64,000 nucleotides of DNA from Carcharhinus longimanus (lineage: Eukaryota). How positions within the stretch are numbered: position 1 is the stretch's first letter; each line of letters opens with the position of its first letter. Of this stretch, positions 60,860-64,000 are shown in pieces. Location of the stretch: the NCBI GenBank assembly GCA_030264375.1, contig JASCQW010000132.1:115496435-115560434 (forward strand), in the 5' to 3' direction. Under the pieces are notes generated by a model. It saw only the letters and a program-made list of their open reading frames with translations, ran no database searches and had not been told where the DNA came from. Position numbers and translations under genes: made by a program.

Positions 60860-62390
60860 GCTGGTACTGTCAGAGGTCCTGATTTGCATCTGTGATGTTA
60901 AATCCAGGACCTGTCTGCTCCTTGCAGCGCATGTAAAAGTTCCCAGGGCACTATGTGAAAATCAACTGAGTTCTCACTGGTGCTTAGACCAATATTCATT
61001 TTTCACCAACGTGACTAACTTGTCATTGTCACCTTGTGGTTTGCTGAATCTAGCTGTGCAGAAGGTGGGGGGNNNNGGGGAAGCGACTGGAATGGGAGGG
61101 AGGGAACTCTGCAGAAGGCGGTCGATTCTCCTGTACTGCGTGAGACTATGGGCATGATCTTACCAGCTCAGCATGCCAATTGTGCTGAGCCACTAAGATA
61201 GGGCGAGAGGTGAAAAATTGTTTGCATCCAGTTTCTCGCCCCTCACAATCATACTGCTCTGCTTTCCTGGTGAAATCAACCTTGCACCCTTCAATATTGA
61301 TGACATGACTTACATGTCATTAGCGAGTCCCAGACTCTATCATCCAGGCTCTCTTACCTTAATCCCCTCAACAGTCGATGTCTTCACCAGTGAGAATCAC
61401 AGATGGCCGCCACTAATGGGGACCAGATGTGAAAGCCTCTTGGTGGGACTGGAAGACATTGAAGCCCCCTGGTGGCTTGGGGCAGGGCCAGCCAGTGACC
61501 ATGGACAGTGCAAGACTGACAGTGCCTGCCTGGCACCCTGGCACTGTCTTCCTGGCACCCTGGCAGTGCCTTAGTGGGTGGAGCCTGAGGGGCAGAGCAT
61601 GAGGGGATGGAAGCTGACAGGGATGGCAGGTGGGAGCTCCATAGGGGGCAAGGGAAAGAGGGATTTGATGATAGAGCTGTGATCAGGGGTCTAATTGGTG
61701 GGGGTGGCAATTGGTAGGGGGGTTGATCAGTGGGGGTCACGATCGGGGGTGTTGCTGATCTGTGGGGTTGACGATCAGTGGGGGTGGAGGGGATGGTGTT
61801 TGGGATGATGACTGGGGGACATGGCGGGGGAAACAATGTCTGTCAGGGGGCTGGGGAGGAGTGACAGGAGGGTGGCTTCTACTCAGGGTAACAATGTTTG
61901 CCCTGGCTCTTCTGGACAGACTGATTTACCTGATCTTTGGGCACATGGAGCAGTATATCCGACCAAGCAGTGGGATCTGGAGTGCAGGATTGGCTTCTTT
62001 TTCTTTCCTTCTTTGCCACCACTCTGCGTCATCATCAAGGTATTTTGTACTCAAAACATGATGCAGCTTGATGGGCAAGTTGTTGCCCAAAGATCGGGTA
62101 AATCAGTCTGTCCAGTCACGTGAAGAGCCAGGGCAGAGTAGAAGCCATCCTTGAATTGCGGGACCAGTGATGACAAAATGGTCACAAAGCACTTGGCAAC
62201 ATCTTGAGGTTGGGCTGCATAATGGCACAGTGGGTTATTGGGATGGGATGGGATGGGTCTGGATAAGATGCTCTTTCAGAGACTTGTTGCAGACTAGATA
62301 AGCTGAGTAGCCTGTATCTTCAGGGATTCTATGACTCTATTATATAATTCTAGGTTGTGCAAAGTACTATTTTAATGCAAGTCTTTTGTT
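60860..62390 (+). mobile_element. Deu-domain SINE split by a GC-rich Harbinger-type element (~61150-62120) and a deleted HE1 (62215-62345)
   Basis: Deu core gtaaaagttcccagggcactat at ~60932, and tail pieces aaagcacttggcaacatcttgagg (62186) and aaagtactattttaatgcaagtctt (62361). Confidence 0.6.
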
Positions 62391-63295
62391 CCTTAATGTT
62401 ATCCATAAATACAATTCTCCCTAAATTAGATAGTCACATTCTCCCTTACAATGCCACTTTGCACTTAAATAATTTAAAGGTGTATGAAGCTTGGCAGTCC
62501 GACCTGATTGTACTCTGGCCGAATAAGACTGACAATTGGCCATCCATTGATAAGCTGTTGTGCATGCCAGCAAAGGGTAGGGATTTGTCAAACCTCCCAG
62601 TGCTAACTTTCTCTTTTTGGGTTTTTGCATAGAATAAAAATCTTGCCATGCTTGTTTACATTTATTCATTTGAATTTCTGTACTACAACTACTTAGTGCC
62701 TTAATGACATTTTGTCTTTAATAACTGTCCCACTCTGCATTATTATCCAGTTAACAAAATCTTGCCCAGGCCACAGTGCTGATATGATTGTTTGAAAAGA
62801 GACCACTCCATTATTCAGTGGACTATGAACAAAATATTTGAATAAGTATCTTGTAATACTGGTAAATTATTAATTGAAACAGATGTCCACAGCTGTCACG
62901 TATTATATTACAGATAAGATAAGCACAGTACACCTGCTATGTGTAAATAAATCAGGCTATCTACTCCACAACACTTGAAGTCATACTTTTGAGTAAAGGT
63001 GTTACATTTTTAACGAACTAAGATTAATCTCGAAAAACTTTAATGTGGGCATTCTATGTAAAGTATTTGTTATACTCGCATCTGGTTCAAAGTCAGCAGC
63101 AGCTGAACACACAAAGTGCATGTCTGTATGTGATTAGCCTTGCTTTTTATAGCATAATAAAGAGCTAGTTTTTAAAACACTTTTCCTGTAGGCATTGTTT
63201 ATTGGATACTAACTTTTGTACTTGCCCATTTTGAGGGCTGCATTGTGATTAAGATTAGAATTTAGATGGTGTTTTATGAATTAGGTTGAAACTAT

Positions 63296-63421
63296 GGCCG
63301 GAATTTTACCGCGCCGCCCACCACGGGAATCGGAGCAGGCGAGGGCCAGACCATGGAAAGGTCCGTTGATCTCAGGTGGGATTTTACGGTTTTGGATAAG
63401 TGTGGCTGGGAAATTCAGCCC
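63296..63421. mobile_element. Harbinger-type MITE with tat TSD
   Basis: tat|ggccggaattttacc ... gggaaattcagccc|tat. Confidence 0.75.
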
Positions 63422-64000
63422 TATGAGTGGTTGGACTGGTTTTACAATCTGGCTTTCCTTATTTCTTCACAGGACTTCAAAAAATTGTAGATGACAATGT
63501 GTACGTATGTGCACACAAATATAGAAATGTGTTGTTGGGTAGTTGATTCAGTTTAGTTCCTCATTTGCTTAGACATTATGGAAAGCAATAAATAGATAAT
63601 AGGCTTTGAAGACACAGCTGATGTCTCCAAACCATACTGTCCCTCCTCCCAATTGTTAATGATTGCTTACCCCACAAAACTTGTGATTGGTTGTTTGTGT
63701 GATTAGACAGCCAAAAACACATTTTAAACCCTCGTTTATATATTGCTGCCATTTCTCACCAATAGTTCTTCCTTCCATTTGGAGGCTGGATCAGCCAGTG
63801 CATTGATGTCCATGCAATCAATTCAACTCTGCTTTGTACCAGCAGATATAAAGTTCTATGAAATAAATCCTTAATTTATAAAGAGCCTTAGTGAGACACT
63901 GCAATGCATCTTGTAGATGGTACACACTGCTGGTGAGGTTGTGACCTTTAGCTTTGGGAATTCTTGGGTTAGGCAATCAATTTATCACTCATTTTGAGTA

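Overview
This is eukaryotic, repeat-dense DNA from a cartilaginous fish. The HE1 V-SINEs, CR1/HER1-type LINEs and Deu-domain SINEs point to a shark, and the many N-gaps indicate a fragmented assembly. No complete protein-coding gene is visible, and the longest ORFs in the track are gap artefacts. The window holds about 25 HE1-type SINEs with two different tails, other tRNA-derived SINEs, CR1, L2 and Crack-like LINE fragments, a decayed two-LTR Gypsy element, a solo LTR, Penelope-like elements with hammerhead-like motifs, and many PIF/Harbinger-type non-autonomous elements with 3-bp TSDs. The most notable observations are: (1) a single intact 109-nt FIBP coding exon (26360-26468, minus strand) with no other FIBP exon found; (2) three HE1 SINEs that each carry an internal insert copied from genomic DNA 0.4-1.3 kb away; (3) a TE-free, CpG-retaining promoter-like island at about 44.6-47.1 kb; and (4) a palindromic mini-Penelope whose inversion point sits on the hammerhead CTGATGA box. 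Family names come from recalled consensus sequences and were not confirmed by database search. Repeat boundaries are approximate.
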